Source: Octopus vulgaris (Eukaryota). From it: a stretch of DNA of 64,000 nucleotides. The stretch covers positions 35,278,001 to 35,342,000 of the forward strand of contig OX597826.1 in the NCBI GenBank assembly GCA_951406725.2. Direction: 5' to 3'. The notes under the pieces are model-generated. The model was not told the origin of the DNA, made no database searches, and saw only the letters and a program-made list of their open reading frames with translations. The stretch's first letter is position 1. Each line of letters opens with the position of its first letter. The position numbers were made by a program, and so were the translations under genes. Shown piece after piece: positions 14,263-27,723 of this stretch.

Positions 14263-14480
14263 AAGGCTGCAAGCTGGCAGAATCTTTAGCACGCCGGGCG
14301 AAATGCTTAACGGCATTTCATCTGCTGCTACGTTCTGAGTTCAAATTCCACCGAGGTCGACTTTGCCTTTCATCCTTTTGGGGTCGATAAAGTAAGTACC
14401 AGTTGCGTATTGGGGTCGATGTAATCGACTATCCACCTCCACAAATTCCAGTCCCCGTGCCTATAATAGAAAGGATTATC
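14263..14480 (+). mobile_element. Near full-length Deu/Nin-like SINE
   Basis: agctggcagaatctttagcacgccgggcgaaatgc...gagttcaaattcc (B box)...gcctttcatccttttggggtcgataaagtaagtaccag. Confidence 0.85.
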
Positions 14481-14654
14481 TTCATTATCTAGTCTCTCCA
14501 GTTAACTCTTATCTCTTGTTCACTTATAAGTCGAAACAGTGAGATCTATCGAAGATTTAGTTGCTGTTTCTAGCAAGTCAAGAAACCGTGTTGTAGATCT
14601 ATTACTGACTAAAGAATAGTCACAATATTCTCGCTTTCCTTTCTTTTGTCGGCG

Positions 14655-14850
14655 TAAAGCCTGAAATTATAAGGGACAGGCGAGTCGATTATATCGACCC
14701 TATTAATGGACTGGTAATTATTTTATCAACCCTTAAATAATGAAAAGCAAAGTCGGCTTTGGCGGAATTCGATCTCAGAACGTAAAACCGGAAGAAATGC
14801 GAGAAATGCGATTAAACGCTTTGTCCGGCGTGCTACTAATTCTACCCATT
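14655..14850 (-). mobile_element. Deu/Nin-like SINE, inverted relative to 14263-14480
   Basis: Same family motifs on the opposite strand. Confidence 0.75.
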
Positions 14851-15504
14851 AGAGGCAGGTGATAGATATGACTTATGGTGCAAAAAAGAAAGGAAAACGA
14901 TATCAATGGTTTATGATATTAAATGTCCCTTGTGATTTCGAAGCAAAAATCCACCAAACGATTTACTTTGATTTTTACTTTATGAGATAATTAAAACAAT
15001 TTTACGTGTGTTAATTACTCTGTGTAATTAATCTACTTTTAAAAATTAATTCTCTAAAGTGTTACGATATTTCTCTGTTTGTAGTGAAGGCTTTCATTCA
15101 ATTATGAGATAAATTTCTGTTCCTTTCTTCAACATTTTATAGAGAAGCAAAGGTAAAGTCAGCTAAGGGGCCAAAAGAGATGACATTACGGGAGCATAGT
15201 CAGAACAGCACAACGCTGAACGTTCCACATTAACGCATCGGTTAAGTCAACCTCTGAGATTCACACACTTGTTAATTTCAGGAGACTTTCCGATATACAT
15301 TATAGACATACAAATACACGCATATGTGTGTGTGTAGATAATTATGTACGTATATACGTATATGTGTATACAAATGTGTATGTATATATATATATGTATA
15401 TATGTGTGTATATATATGTATATAGTATCTATATATATATATATGCATATATATGTGTGTATATATATGTACATATATCTATCTATATGTATATGTGTGT
15501 ATGC

Positions 15505-15536
<32 letters not shown>

Positions 15537-15556
15537 GTGTGTATATATATATATAG

Positions 15557-15587
<31 letters not shown>

Positions 15588-16194
15588 GCATCCGTCTACG
15601 AGAGTCTACCTCACATATTTTGTCTTCTAAATTTCATTCATAATACCTCGGTCGGTTTCCTCGTATAGTAGAAGCCATTATTTCCAAATCGTTGACGATA
15701 GCTTTTTCCATCCAGAAATTTATGTGACATGTGTCGCATTCTCAGCGAATATTTCGGCATCATCGACCAAGTTAATCGGAAGCGCCTTGTAATGGATGTT
15801 CTTTAATCTTTCAACTAAAACCAAAAAGAAGCGGAGGGCCGCCTGTTTTAATGTGGTTGTCGGAAAGTTAGACGATACCTTGAAATGTCGGAATTTACCT
15901 CAAAATGCCCGTAGATATCTTTGATTGCATTTCTGTATAAAAGCAAATATCTTAAAATCTCCACCTCAGCTTTTAAATCCTGTCTAATTTGACAATATAG
16001 AAGAGTGGCTCCTAACCATTTCAATGTCAAGGACCCCTTATATTTAAATGATTTTTCCCACGGACCCCTTTTAATATGCTTATCCTTGTGTATATACATA
16101 CATTCATACATATATACATATATGATAATATAAACAATATATAAATATATACATACATATATGTACATACCTACATATACATGTATATATGGGT

Positions 16195-16720
16195 ACATGG
16201 CATCAGAAAAAGTAGGCAAAATGAGAAAGGAGAACATGAAAAACAAAAACATAGAAAACGAACTTTTTCCCGAACAACGAAAGAAACAAACAAGCAGAAC
16301 AATGAGACGGGCAACATGAAGAACATTCCCTTCACCAGTTGACCCTGGTTTATCTACTACGCGTTTCGTAAGTAGGGACAAGACGTGACTTCATTAAAAT
16401 AGTCCTTCCTGCAAAGCAAATGAAACAAAATTTGGGTTTTTTTTGCGGAGGGTGAAAGTGGTAACAAAAACAGGACAGTGAGAACAAAAGAGTAAAAACA
16501 AATAGTGAGGGCTGTTATACATACATACATACATACACACACATATATATAAAAAAAAAATTACAAAATGGGACAAGAAAGCAAAACATCCGGACAACTA
16601 GGGGATACAAAAAGGGACTACAAAACATCCAGATAAACGATAAAAAAACATGGACGGGTCATTCGAAGCCTTTAATCTTCAGTAAAGAACCGGATCATCC
16701 TCGCAAATTCGGCTGATATA
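16195..16720 (-). mobile_element. Penelope-like pLTR remnant with decayed hammerhead-like motifs
   Basis: Minus strand has ttaatga..gaaa-cgcg-ta, ctggtgaaggg and ctgaaga..cgaa motifs; architecture shared with 285-473; flanked by TA-rich repeats. Confidence 0.35.
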
Positions 16721-16797
16721 CATACATTATTTTTAGAAGAAACATAACTCCAGAGAAGAAGCACACTCTAAGAGGTAGAGCAGCCTATATTACTTTA

Positions 16798-16919
16798 CTG
16801 GTGGAGGCCGATTTATGGTGTTTCCCTCTGGTTTCCCGTCCATAAAGGCTTTACGCCATAAAGTTAAGCCCTTTATGAACAGGAAACCCAGTGTAACTCC
16901 ATAAATTAGCCTTCACCAG
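16798..16919. repeat. Imperfect ~120-bp hairpin (small MITE-like)
   Basis: ctggtggaggccgatttatggtgtt...cataaaggc pairs with gccctttatg...aactccataaattagccttcaccag. Confidence 0.8.
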
Positions 16920-16953
<34 letters not shown>

Positions 16954-17192
16954 TACTTTTGCAGATCACCAGGTGTCTGCGGACCACAAGTTGGCAACCA
17001 CTGATATAGAGTAAACAAATGATCAGAACAGGTAGTTATCCTAAATTAGAGGTATCAAACATTAACCTGATATACATCATAATGTTGCAATCCCAATAAG
17101 AACGTGATGAGTAAAAAAGTTCTTCAAATCCACTTTCATGCATTTCAGAAATCAGTTTAATATTCGTAAAGCACTTCCGTAACTTATTAGAA

Positions 17193-17616
17193 AGGTGCAG
17201 GAGTGGCTTACAGGCGCAGGAGTGGCTTACAGGCGTAGGAGTGGTTTACAGGCGCAGGAGTGGCTATATGGTACATAGCTTGCTTACCAACCACATGGTT
17301 CCGGGTTCAGTCCCACTTCGTGGCACCTTGGGTGTCTTCTACTGTAGCTTTGTGGGTGGATTTGGTAGACGGAAACTGAAAGAAGCCCGTCGTATATATG
17401 TATATTTATATGTATGTGTGTGTATATGTTTGTCCCTCCAACATCGCTTGACAACCGATGCTGGTGTGTTTACGTCCCCATAACAGCGGTTCGGCAAAAG
17501 CGACCGATAAAATAAGTGCTAGGCTTACAAAGAATAAGTCCTGGGGTCGATTTGCTTGACTAAAAGCGGTGCTCCAGCATGGCCGCAGTCAAATGACTGA
17601 AACAAGTAAAAGAATA
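17193..17616 (+). mobile_element. OR2-like SINE preceded by tandem copies of its 19-bp 5' head
   Basis: (aggcgcaggagtggcttac)x3, then the SINE body to the gaaacaagtaaaaga tail. Confidence 0.9.
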
Positions 17617-18064
17617 GTTGAGTAAGGTTACAAGGTTTTTACACCTTTGTCTTTTTATGGTTATCTCACATAATCCTAACGGTTATCTGAGATATCACTT
17701 CAGCGCCCAAACAACAGCAACAACTGGTGACCTTCTCCGATATTGTTTTCAGAAGCCCGAAAGAATCTTTGACAACCAGACACCTCTGAAGCATAAACAA
17801 TAGTTATTTCCATCAACCCCAATAATTGTTTGATTTTCTTTTTCCTTATATATCAAGCGGAATACATCGCCATTCGGATTTTTAACAGAAAATAAAAGTA
17901 GGAAAACGTTTACTCCGCACTGAGAGTGGCACAGAATAGCGAAGGGAAATTATTGGTTGAAGATATGAGCTAATCTTACTTGGAGACATGGGAGATTGGG
18001 GAAACCTTTGATATTTGCCGTAATGAAAATGGAAATGATTTGTACGCACTGATTGATCGATTGA

Positions 18065-18092
18065 TAGACAGACAGACAGACGGATAGATATT

Positions 18093-18141
<49 letters not shown>

Positions 18142-18166
18142 CGATATATATATATATATATATATG

Positions 18167-18205
<39 letters not shown>

Positions 18206-18262
18206 GTAGGTAGGTAGGTAGGTAGGTAGGTAGGTAGGTAGGTAGATAGATAGGTAGATAGA
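18065..18262. repeat. (GATA)n/(GGTA)n/(GACA)n microsatellite
   Basis: Directly visible. Confidence 0.95.
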
Positions 18263-18500
18263 CAAGTTTCTTTATTAGCCACATAGGGGACAAAATACAA
18301 TGTAGAGCTTTTTCTTTTCGGTGGGGAGAGGGAAAGGAGAAAAATAAAATTCCGATCAAAAGGGCTCGTGAGAGAAAAAAACATCAAGAGGGATCGTGTA
18401 TCACAGAAAAATTTTAAAGGTGTAAAAAAGCAAGATTAGGTTTATCCGTGGGAACAAAAGCCTACGAAAAAACCACAGTAACCTCAGGCAGGGAGGGAAT
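18263..18500 (-). mobile_element. Probable LINE (L1/Tx1-like) 3' UTR
   Basis: Minus strand ends ttgtattttgtcccc...tgtggctAATAAAgaaac directly into (TCTA)n; the family assignment is tentative. Confidence 0.35.
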
Positions 18501-18586
18501 AAACACATGAGAGCAAAGTGCTCTCTCTCCCTCTGTCTCTGTCTGTCTGTCTCTCTAAATAAATAGATAGACAGACAGACAGACAC

Positions 18587-18617
<31 letters not shown>

Positions 18618-19286
18618 CAGATACAGACAGACAGAGACAGATAGATAAATATGGGGAAAAGTATGGCAAAAATATGTACGAACAAATAATATCAATCAAT
18701 AATAATTACTAATTGAAAACAAACTTGCTAATTTAAACAAGGATTGCGTGACTTTTGGACATTCAATGCAACGGAACCTGTTTCTTTGAAACATTAAACT
18801 CGCCTCGGTTATGTTAATAATAACAAATCATTCACACAAATTTTTCGAAAGACAATTACCTTTACAAGGGCAATTACTCGGGATGAATAGCTTAGATTTA
18901 CAGCATTCTGATTAAAAAGTTTTAATATTTATGAATCATCGAATCATTTTGAAAGGGAAAGACAAATTGCTCTCATATATCACCCTTTGTTTACATGCAT
19001 CGTACATGTATGTAGAATTGCATTATTTAGTGTTTTACTTTGGGTTTGTTTTCAAACCAAGCGTATCAATGACTATATTGAAAAACCGATAATGCATTTA
19101 ATGAACGCTTGCAGTGACACTATTTGTTGCAGGTAACATATTTACATCATAATTGAATAATACCAAGATATTCAAATCGCAGTAACGAATGCCGTAACAA
19201 ATGTCCATCTCTAAATACGTTCAAAAATTAACATCACTTAAAATTTCCAATTCCGTTCTCGCACGCACGCACATACTTACACACAT

Positions 19287-19319
<33 letters not shown>

Positions 19320-19513
19320 CATGCACCCACGCATGCATAATGTGAGGTTTCTACGTATTTTTCATAAACATCCTTATATATATTTCTTTCTCTAGGATAC
19401 GACATGCATTCTCAAAACAAAAATCATCTGCAATTTTACTTCGCTAAATTTTACCAGTTTTACTGCAACGCCTTGTGATAATCGACGATTACGTATGTGT
19501 GTGTGTGTGCGTG

Positions 19514-20333
19514 TAGAAGTGGTCTGATCAACAAGTATACGGACTGCTGCCATAGTAACGAAGCTAAAGCAAGCAGAGTAAAGCAACTTGACACTGAATG
19601 AATTTGACCTCTACTGTGCATGCGAACTAAGTTTGAACATTCCAGCTCACTTCTGCTGGTTACAGCGGTGCTTGAAAGGAAGGTGCGTAGCACGTAGTTG
19701 TCGCATTGACCATGACAGAGAAAGTTGAGCAGAGAATCTGCATCGGATTTTGTCAAAAGCTTGGTGGTACCTGCTCAGAAGCCTACACAAAGTTTTCAAA
19801 AAAGTTTTCATCGTTCTCGACACAATCAAGATTTTGTGCAACTGAAATCTGAGTGTCTTTTTTGGTCAGTTGAAGGCAGTTTTGACACAAAATTGGCAGA
19901 CGCGCTTCTTATTCCCAAATCTTCGGTGATAATGGACTGAACTGAACCGTAACTATTCTGCAAATCCTCTGATAACTCATGGATGGTGATCCGACGATTT
20001 CCCCTCGCAGCCGCACGCACATCTGTGAAGTTTTTCTCAATTCTGCTGGTTGCGGGTCTCCAAGAACGTTCGTCAATATCGACAGTCTTTCGTCCATCTT
20101 GAGAGCGTCTGAACCATTCGTACACCTGTGAGCATCTCATACTCTCCTCTCCATACGTTTTCTGCAACTTTGCGTAGGCCTCTGAGCAGGTATCGCCATG
20201 ACAACTTTCTCTGTCCTTCCAAGCACTGCTGTAAACAGCGTTCAAGGTCGATCTTTGCCAAGCAGCTTTACTCTGTGTACTTTAGCTTCGTTACTAAGGC
20301 AACAGTCTGGATACTTATTGATCAGACCTCGTA
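19514..20333. mobile_element. Fold-back mariner derivative made of two inverted 5' ends
   Basis: Inverted ends ggtctgatcaa.aagtat.c.gactg..., TA termini; transposase N-terminus on + from ATG 19712 (MTEKVEQRICIGFCQKLG) and again on - (GDTCSEAYAKLQKTYGEE..VYEWFRR..RRITIHEL). Confidence 0.85.
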
Positions 20334-21439
20334 TGTATATATGTGTGTGTATGTATATATACATGTATAGGTGTATATATATACATATATATATATCTAT
20401 GAATATATGTGTGGGGGGGTACAATCATTATATACAACATATATATATATATATATATATAATGTATAATGTATATATATATTGTATCTACGTATGCTTT
20501 TATAAATACATCAGTTTGTGAGTACTGGTATGTATATGCACATACTAACTGCTATATACTTATAGATCTTTATACGCACACCTATCTACAAGTATATACT
20601 GATGCCTGACTGCGTGTATGTATATATATATATATGGCTGTAGGTGTGTGCGCGTGCTCTTTGTCTATATATATTAGTTTTATCTTTTGCTTATCCATTT
20701 CGCAGCTGCTGATTTCGTTCACAATAATTAGTCATTATGAGAAGACGTGCAAACGCAAAACATTGTGTTTACTTTAAGTAAATGCAATCCTTGCTCATTT
20801 TAAGTTCTTGTTTGTTTTGTTGTTGTTGTTTTTTTTTATAGTGAATAACAGCAACTTTAATTGGAATATAATTCCCTCGGCAATAAGATTTCTTTGTTCG
20901 TATTTTGTTTTTCTCTTTCTCTATCATTTCTCTTTTCACCTTCTTTGTTTTCCCTCCTTTTCTCTGAAGTTATTTAATTACCTTGTACACCATCACACTA
21001 GAATTTCGGGCTTAAAGTTAACAATTGTGTGCTGTTATTGTGTATACATAAATGTGTGTGTGAGAGTATATATGTGTGTGCGTGTGTGCGCATGCATGCA
21101 TGCATGTTTCAAAGCAGAGTTGGATGATACAACGTACTGAATATGTTAGGTTTGATTATAATGAGCTGCAAGAAACAAAAGTAACCACAGCAAGTACAAA
21201 CAACGATGTCTATTATGTGAGTTTACTTTCTTTGAAAGTGCTGCTTTCATATTTCTCACTCGAGATTAATCTACATCAACTCTGATAGAGGAGAACTTTG
21301 GCCAGACCTTTTCAAACCAAGACCATCTCGTCAGTTCTTTTCTTTTCTTTTGCGGTACGGTTATCTAGAATTATATTAACTAGGATGTGGTCTTCTGTCT
21401 TTTAGGTAAAGTATTAAATTATCCGCTGCCATATTTGAC

Positions 21440-21660
21440 CAGGTGGTGAGTGGGTTCAATCGCTGGCACACTGGAAGAAATGTTTAACAGTATTTCTGAG
21501 ACCCTTCTCCATCCTAATTTCAAATTCCGTCGTGGTCGACTTTACCGTTTATCCTTTCAAGGTCGATGAAAAAAAGGTATCGGTTAAGCACTGGTGTATG
21601 AGTAATAGACTTACTCCTTCCTTAAAATTGCGACCCTTGAGCCAATTTTGAAACACCTGT
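21440..21660 (+). mobile_element. Diverged Deu/Nin-like SINE
   Basis: ttcaaattccgtcgtggtcgactttaccgtttatcctttcaaggtcgatgaaa. Confidence 0.6.
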
Positions 21661-23400
21661 AACTAGAAGCATTATATTGGCCAATATTTCCTTTTATGAA
21701 GTCAGTGGGAATCGACTTGTAATCGTAGCGGAACGAGCGACCACAAAGTGATTGGTTTGTTCTTTTCTTGTTTTTTTTTTTTTTAATTTGTGTTATAGTC
21801 AGTGTTTTCTGTTTCTCTTTGGATATGTTTGCGAAAATTTTCAAATAAGTAAGGAGTTATATAAATTGATTTTGCAATAAATAACAGCCGCCAGCTAAAC
21901 TAAAGAGCAAACGTTCATGTGACAGGGTCTGTCTACCGAAAAAGAAAGATTTCCACGTCTTGATAAACTAGGATGATACGTTTAAATCAAATTTGCATAC
22001 TACTTGTTCGTGGCTATGTCTTCAATTTAATTACCTCCAGAATAGTTAAATCAATATTACTGATTATTTTATTTGGTTATTTATATTATCAATGATTTTT
22101 GTCTTTATTCTAGAATTGTTTTCTATCGTTTATTAATGTTGTTACAATTTTATTTTTCGTTTGTTGTTGGCACTGTGTTCGTTTCTTATAAGTTTTAGAA
22201 ATCCTCAGCACGACAGAAGTGCTTCTTAACCGAGTTACGCTATTTTTTTGTTACAGCATTGGCATTATGCCATATTCATTATCGAAGACAATATTATCTA
22301 TAATATGCTCATGAAATAGTATATTTGGGTGAGAAAAGAATCCGTGGCAATTATCTTCGAGCCAACCACCTCATGTTGTCAACTAATTCGTGAAATGAGA
22401 GTCTGCTACGTTTCAGAGAATTATTGTGTTTGTTTCATTTAATTTATATTTGCTTGTTGCTTTGAGTACGAGAATATTTGAGATGGTGGGTATATTTATT
22501 GATTCCAGCTCTGTTTAATCACGTTTATACAATGTAATTCTCTGTGGAAATAAATATATTTATTCAGAAAGTTGCTGAAAATGGATTAGAGATTATTGCC
22601 TGAGTAGTATTATAAAATTTACAGAGATTTGTAACTCGCACTTTCTATGATTATTCTTCTTTTCCCAAACTTTTTTCCTTTTTCATTACTTTTCCGTCTA
22701 CTTAACCATCAATCTGATATCTATCTCTCTAATTCTTTTTCCATATTTCCAATAATGGTTCAGTAAGTGTAATCCGTATTAAATTCCCCGCTATATTCTC
22801 AGAAAATATTATTTAGTACACAAAATCCACTGTTTCGAAAATATAACAGTCGTTGTTGGCATCATCCACTCCAGTTGGCGGTAACTTGAATATGCCACTT
22901 CACCGTGCGTCATCGTATCAACAAAGCACGCCATTTCCGTGTATAATGTAACTGCATGATGCCAAGTCTACCTTGTTTTACGATTCATTATTTTCCTATT
23001 AACTCACAAATATTGTTTCCATCCACTATTCACAATCCACTTAAATTACATCTCTATAATGACGCAGTTATTCCCCACGTACCTTAGCCAACGCTTCCTG
23101 CGTGATGGTTATTTATTCATTTGCTAATCTCTTCAACTAATCCTGTGTTATCAGTTGAAATGGGATTGTATACATATTTACCATAAAATATCACAAATTA
23201 TTATGTATGCATTTAATAATCTTTCTTCGTGTTACTCTCAAGAATAACCACAGTTCAGTTTTAATAACCGAATTTAGCAAAGCATACGCATGGGAAATAA
23301 CTCTTTTCGGCAAAGAAGGCTGATCTCTTTATTTATTTATCTATCATAAATTCAATGAGAACACTTTGTGCTAACATACATACATACATACATACATACA

Positions 23401-23431
<31 letters not shown>

Positions 23432-23436
23432 CCTTG

Positions 23437-23480
<44 letters not shown>

Positions 23481-23637
23481 TAAACTAATTCGAGCAATAT
23501 ATTCGTGCTCGGTGCCGAGGTAAATGAATTAGATTTAGCATATATAGAAATGTGAACATTTTGTATATGCTCTTCTGGGCACGTGATATTCGTATGAGTA
23601 TATATAAATGTTTATAATTATGTACGTTGAGTTGTAC

Positions 23638-23694
23638 ACCATACTGATGACGGTAAAGGGAGTTACGTCTCTAAAATAGAAATCGATCTATGGT
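23638..23694 (+). ncRNA. Type-I hammerhead ribozyme motif (PLE-type, stem II partly decayed)
   Basis: accata-CTGATGA-[stem II]-GAAA-tcga-TC-tatggt: perfect 6-bp stem I, intact core, palindromic stem III. Confidence 0.7.
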
Positions 23695-23978
23695 TAAACT
23701 TTTTTTTAAAAATCGTTTTTGTTCACTTCCTTCGCTCTTAGCTCCTGCCAATGTGGTAAGTAATGTAGTTCTTAGAGCCATTTGGCGACTATTTCTAGCA
23801 TGTAGCGCTACTCATTACTGCCCTTATTATAATTGTATTTATACAATTATATATTTTGTATTCATTATATATATTCTTTTACTTGTTTCACTCATTTGAC
23901 TGCAGCCATACTGGAGCACCATATATATATATATATTATATATTGAGAGAGAGAGAGAGAGAGAGAGTAGAGACCACA

Positions 23979-24032
<54 letters not shown>

Positions 24033-24149
24033 TTTTAGATTCCTACTGTCTCATATGAATTTGAGGAGCAATTTCAGCAGCTTGTTACATCTATTAATTT
24101 CTTACATTTATATTTTGCTTTCTAATTCTTCTAGATTACAATACTTATT

Positions 24150-24820
24150 TGTTAATATTACTCATACAATGTGCTTTTAACGTTATTATAATCAAACACT
24201 TCGGAGCTTGCATCTTGTAAATTGCACCAGTGGGCTTTAAACATATGGATTTGTACAGATGGCTTTCTAAAATATAAATTGCTCTTTTCCTTTCATACAA
24301 CGTACACATCACAATTGCATTTAAAATGGCACGCAGAACAATCACATGTGTGACCCGTTCTTTTTCTCGGAGATATTTCTTTCGTCCGTTGCACAAGAAA
24401 AGCTATTTGAGAATTGTCAATTCTGTAATAAGATATACCTCGATAAGACAAGATTAGTTTTGTCAATATCATCTTGAATTGAGCAAGTGTTCGACGTAAC
24501 CTCTTCGGTTTTATATGCCTAGCGATAACTAAATACACATCAACAGAGTCTGGGTTTCAAATAAATCTCTCGCATTATATTCAAGTAGATATGATACAAT
24601 GGAGTATTCCAGCAGTGCCGGAAAGCGACACGTTTCACCACATTTTACCATAACTGACAATAGCTTTTTCTTAATCCTATCATGATCTGACACAGAGCAT
24701 TTCCTTCTGTAAATAATCCTTGCTTCACCGCAAATCCTTCTTAAATACGATTCAGCATCAAGAACAGAGTTAAGAGTAAGACACAGATATCCATCTAACC
24801 ATTTTCACCATCCTGATCAG
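24150..24820 (-). pseudogene. Highly decayed hAT-like transposase remnant
   Basis: Fragmented translations CLTLNSVLDA (cf. CxxHTLNL), HCWNTPLY (cf. TRWNSLY) and PSVQ..MF..ASSEVF (cf. SASSERVF) occur in the expected order. Confidence 0.3.
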
Positions 24821-24965
24821 TCTATTCTCTCATTGTTATTTGCCGGGTTTTCAAAGTATTTCTAAAAATTTTCTTTACATTTTTGTTCTTGTTTTAGTTA
24901 TTTTTATTCAATTGTTATTCCTCTTCTTTTTCTTCTCCTCCTCCTCCTTTTCATTTTCTTCTTCC

Positions 24966-25047
<82 letters not shown>

Positions 25048-25050
<3 letters not shown>

Positions 25051-27656
25051 TAGTCTTATTTTTATCACGTACTTTCATGGCACTCTCAAGCACAGCTCTG
25101 TGTGCCTTGATTATGTGCTGTGGTTTGTTGTGATGCACTTATTTTTATCTCTATTTCTAGATTCTTCTAATTTGAAAGTTTCTCTGTATCTTTTAGAGAA
25201 ACATTGTCATCAGTTGGTGTCGATACCTCAATTAGAAAGAAATTTTTTCTTACTGATCTCTCACAACGATATCTGGCCTAATTTATCTATCTGTGTGTAT
25301 TGGCATATCCCAGATTATGGTTGCTTTCTCATTTTTTGTGACCATTTCTGATGTGTGCCTATACCATCTTTTTTCTTTTTTTATTCCATAGTGTTGGCAT
25401 AGCTTCCAGTGTACATAGGTCGCAACTCTGTCGTGTCTGTGAATATATTCCTTCTTAGCTAGGACTGGGAAGACAGGGACAACATAACGTATTGTTTCTT
25501 CTACATCTCCAAATGTTCTGCAGTTACATGTTTTATTTCTTTTCATTACATGTTTTTGTTAATTTCTGGTGAGTAGGCTTTGGTCTTGTGCTGCAATTAA
25601 AAATCCTTCAGTCTCTGCTTTGAGACTTAAGCTTCTCAGCCATTGTTGGGATTTTACTTTGTCTATTTCTTTTCTGTTTAGTTCAACCCAGTATTTGCCA
25701 TGAAGGGGCTTTTCTTGCCATCATTTTATCATGATCCGTTGCTTTTCTAGCTTTAGTTTGTATCTCAATTGCTTTACAGCTTTCGTTGTTTCTTCTTTTT
25801 TTTTCACAATTGTTTGCTACTATGACTTCTTTTTTATATTTGTCAGCTTCCTTAAAACCTGAAAACAGTTTTTTTTTGTTTCGTGGCTATTTGTATTTAG
25901 TTTTCCTTGCTTCTGAAGTAGCTAATTTTGTAGTCCTATGGTGGTTATTTTGCAATAGTTTTCTAGATGTATAAGGTCTCTACCACCTTCGATATGTTGT
26001 ATATATAACCTTTCTAGGTCAGATTTTGGATGGTGCATCCTAAATCCTGTCATTATTTTCTTGTTTTCCTGTCTATTTTGATCAGTTCATTTACAATCCA
26101 GTCAAGAACATTGTAGCTGTAACTTATTACTGGGGAAGCTAGATTGTTGATACCTATAATATTGTTTCTCACATTGAGCTCTGTTTTCAGTAATAATTTG
26201 TCTCGTCTACAGTATTCTTTTCTTATCTTCTCTTTCATTTCTGCGTGTTGTATCATATCTAAGTATTTGTATGTCTGGCTTTGGTCTAATTCTCTTATTT
26301 CATTTGCTTTATCTATTGTGATGTTGTTACTCTTATGTAGTTTTCCTCTTTTCAAGGTTACTTAGGCACGTTTTTCTAAGCCAAATTTCATGTTTACATA
26401 TTTGGTAAATCCATGTACCGCCTGTAGTAATGTTTCCAGCTGTTTATCATTTGTAGTGTACAGTTTTAGATCATACATATATAAGAGGTGGCTGATTGTT
26501 TTGCCGTAACAGTTGTATTTATATCCAGTTCTGTTTAGCATGACAGATAGAGGTATCATTGCAAAGCAGAGAAGGAGTGGAGAGAACATGTCTCCCGGGA
26601 ATATTCCTCATCTAATGCGGATGGTTTTGATTTTTATGATTTCCTCTTTTGACTGGAGCTGTAGCGATGTCTGTAATTTATTCATGGAATGTTCTGTGCA
26701 TTTTATGATTATTGGTGCTACCTTGTTCATGGCTGGTGTTTCAAGGATCCATACAGTGGGAATACTATCGGTTAATCAATCCAGACCATACTTAGACCCT
26801 TCTTTCTGTGGCTGTCTTCAGTTATGGCTTTATTGATCAGTAGATGATCTTTACCGCCGTATGAGCCCTTGCAACATCCCTTCTCTTCTAGAAACAGGTT
26901 GTTTATTACCAGATGTTTGCTCATTCTCTGTGATATTATTTCAGTAATTTTGTGGGTTTGTCGTTTCAGTGGATTTGGGAATTAGGAGAGTTTTTCATTC
27001 CATGAGTCATTCAGGCATTGTCTCTGGCTCTACTAGTATTTCATTAAATTTCTCAGCCAGCTTTTAATATGTTCCTGTCGGGTATTTTAAGCAGAAGTTG
27101 GGGATCTTGTCGTGCCCAGGAGCCTTCCAGTTGCTTAGGTTTTCGAGTACCTAGGTGACCTCTTCAGTTATTATAGGGGTCCAGAGTTGTTCAGATGTTG
27201 TGTTAGTTGTTTTAATAGACCTTTTCTGAGATTGTTCCTTCGCCGACCACATTTCTTTCCAGAATTCTTCCATTCCTTCTGTTGGTGCTGCATTGATCTC
27301 ATTTTTATTTTTGCCAAAGTTCTTGGTAGAATATTTTAGGGTTGGAGTTGAACTGTTTGTTTTGTTCAAAGAAACGTTGGCATTTCTCTTACCAGCGGTT
27401 TCTTTGTGCTTTGGCTAGGATATCTTGCTTTAGCTGTTCTTTTATCTCAGACATAATTTGTTCTGTAATTTTGTATTTATGTAGTAATTTTCTTCTCTTC
27501 TTGTTGCTTCGAAGTGTTGATTGTCTTCTAGGCTTGACAGGCTTTAAGGTTTGTCATTAAGGCTTGACAGATCCTTTCTCCTATTTACTTGTTTTTTTTC
27601 TGAATATTATTTATCCACAGGGCTTGTTTAGGTGGTGATGCTCCTGTTTGGATGGA
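25048..27656 (-). mobile_element. R4/Dong-clade non-LTR retrotransposon (RT plus restriction-like endonuclease), 5'-truncated and disrupted
   Basis: NWKAPGHD motif, RT SPLLLCFAMIPLS and ISHLLYMYDLKLY (YMDD site), CCHC-region RHDRVATYVHWKLC, WDMPIHTDR..RPDIV RLE; flanked on both sides by (ATT)n. Confidence 0.9.
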
Positions 27657-27664
27657 TTATATTG

Positions 27665-27723
<59 letters not shown>

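Larger units (their letters stand above)
16003..17003. mobile_element. Non-autonomous hAT (Charlie-like) element with nested insertions
   Basis: Ends gagtggctcctaacc / gttggcaaccactg (CAGTGG-type TIR); 8-bp TSD atatagaa (15995-16002) / atatagag (17004-17011), close to the Charlie NTCTAGAN target; ggacc subterminal motifs. Confidence 0.65.

Noticed and set aside
15247-15720. Mariner C-terminal-like peptides (NKCVNLRG; GNNGFYY)
   Set aside because: Too short and decayed to delimit as features
20705-20777. Possible first coding exon (MRRRANAKHCVYF)
   Set aside because: Weak donor (gtaaat), no recognisable protein and no partner exons
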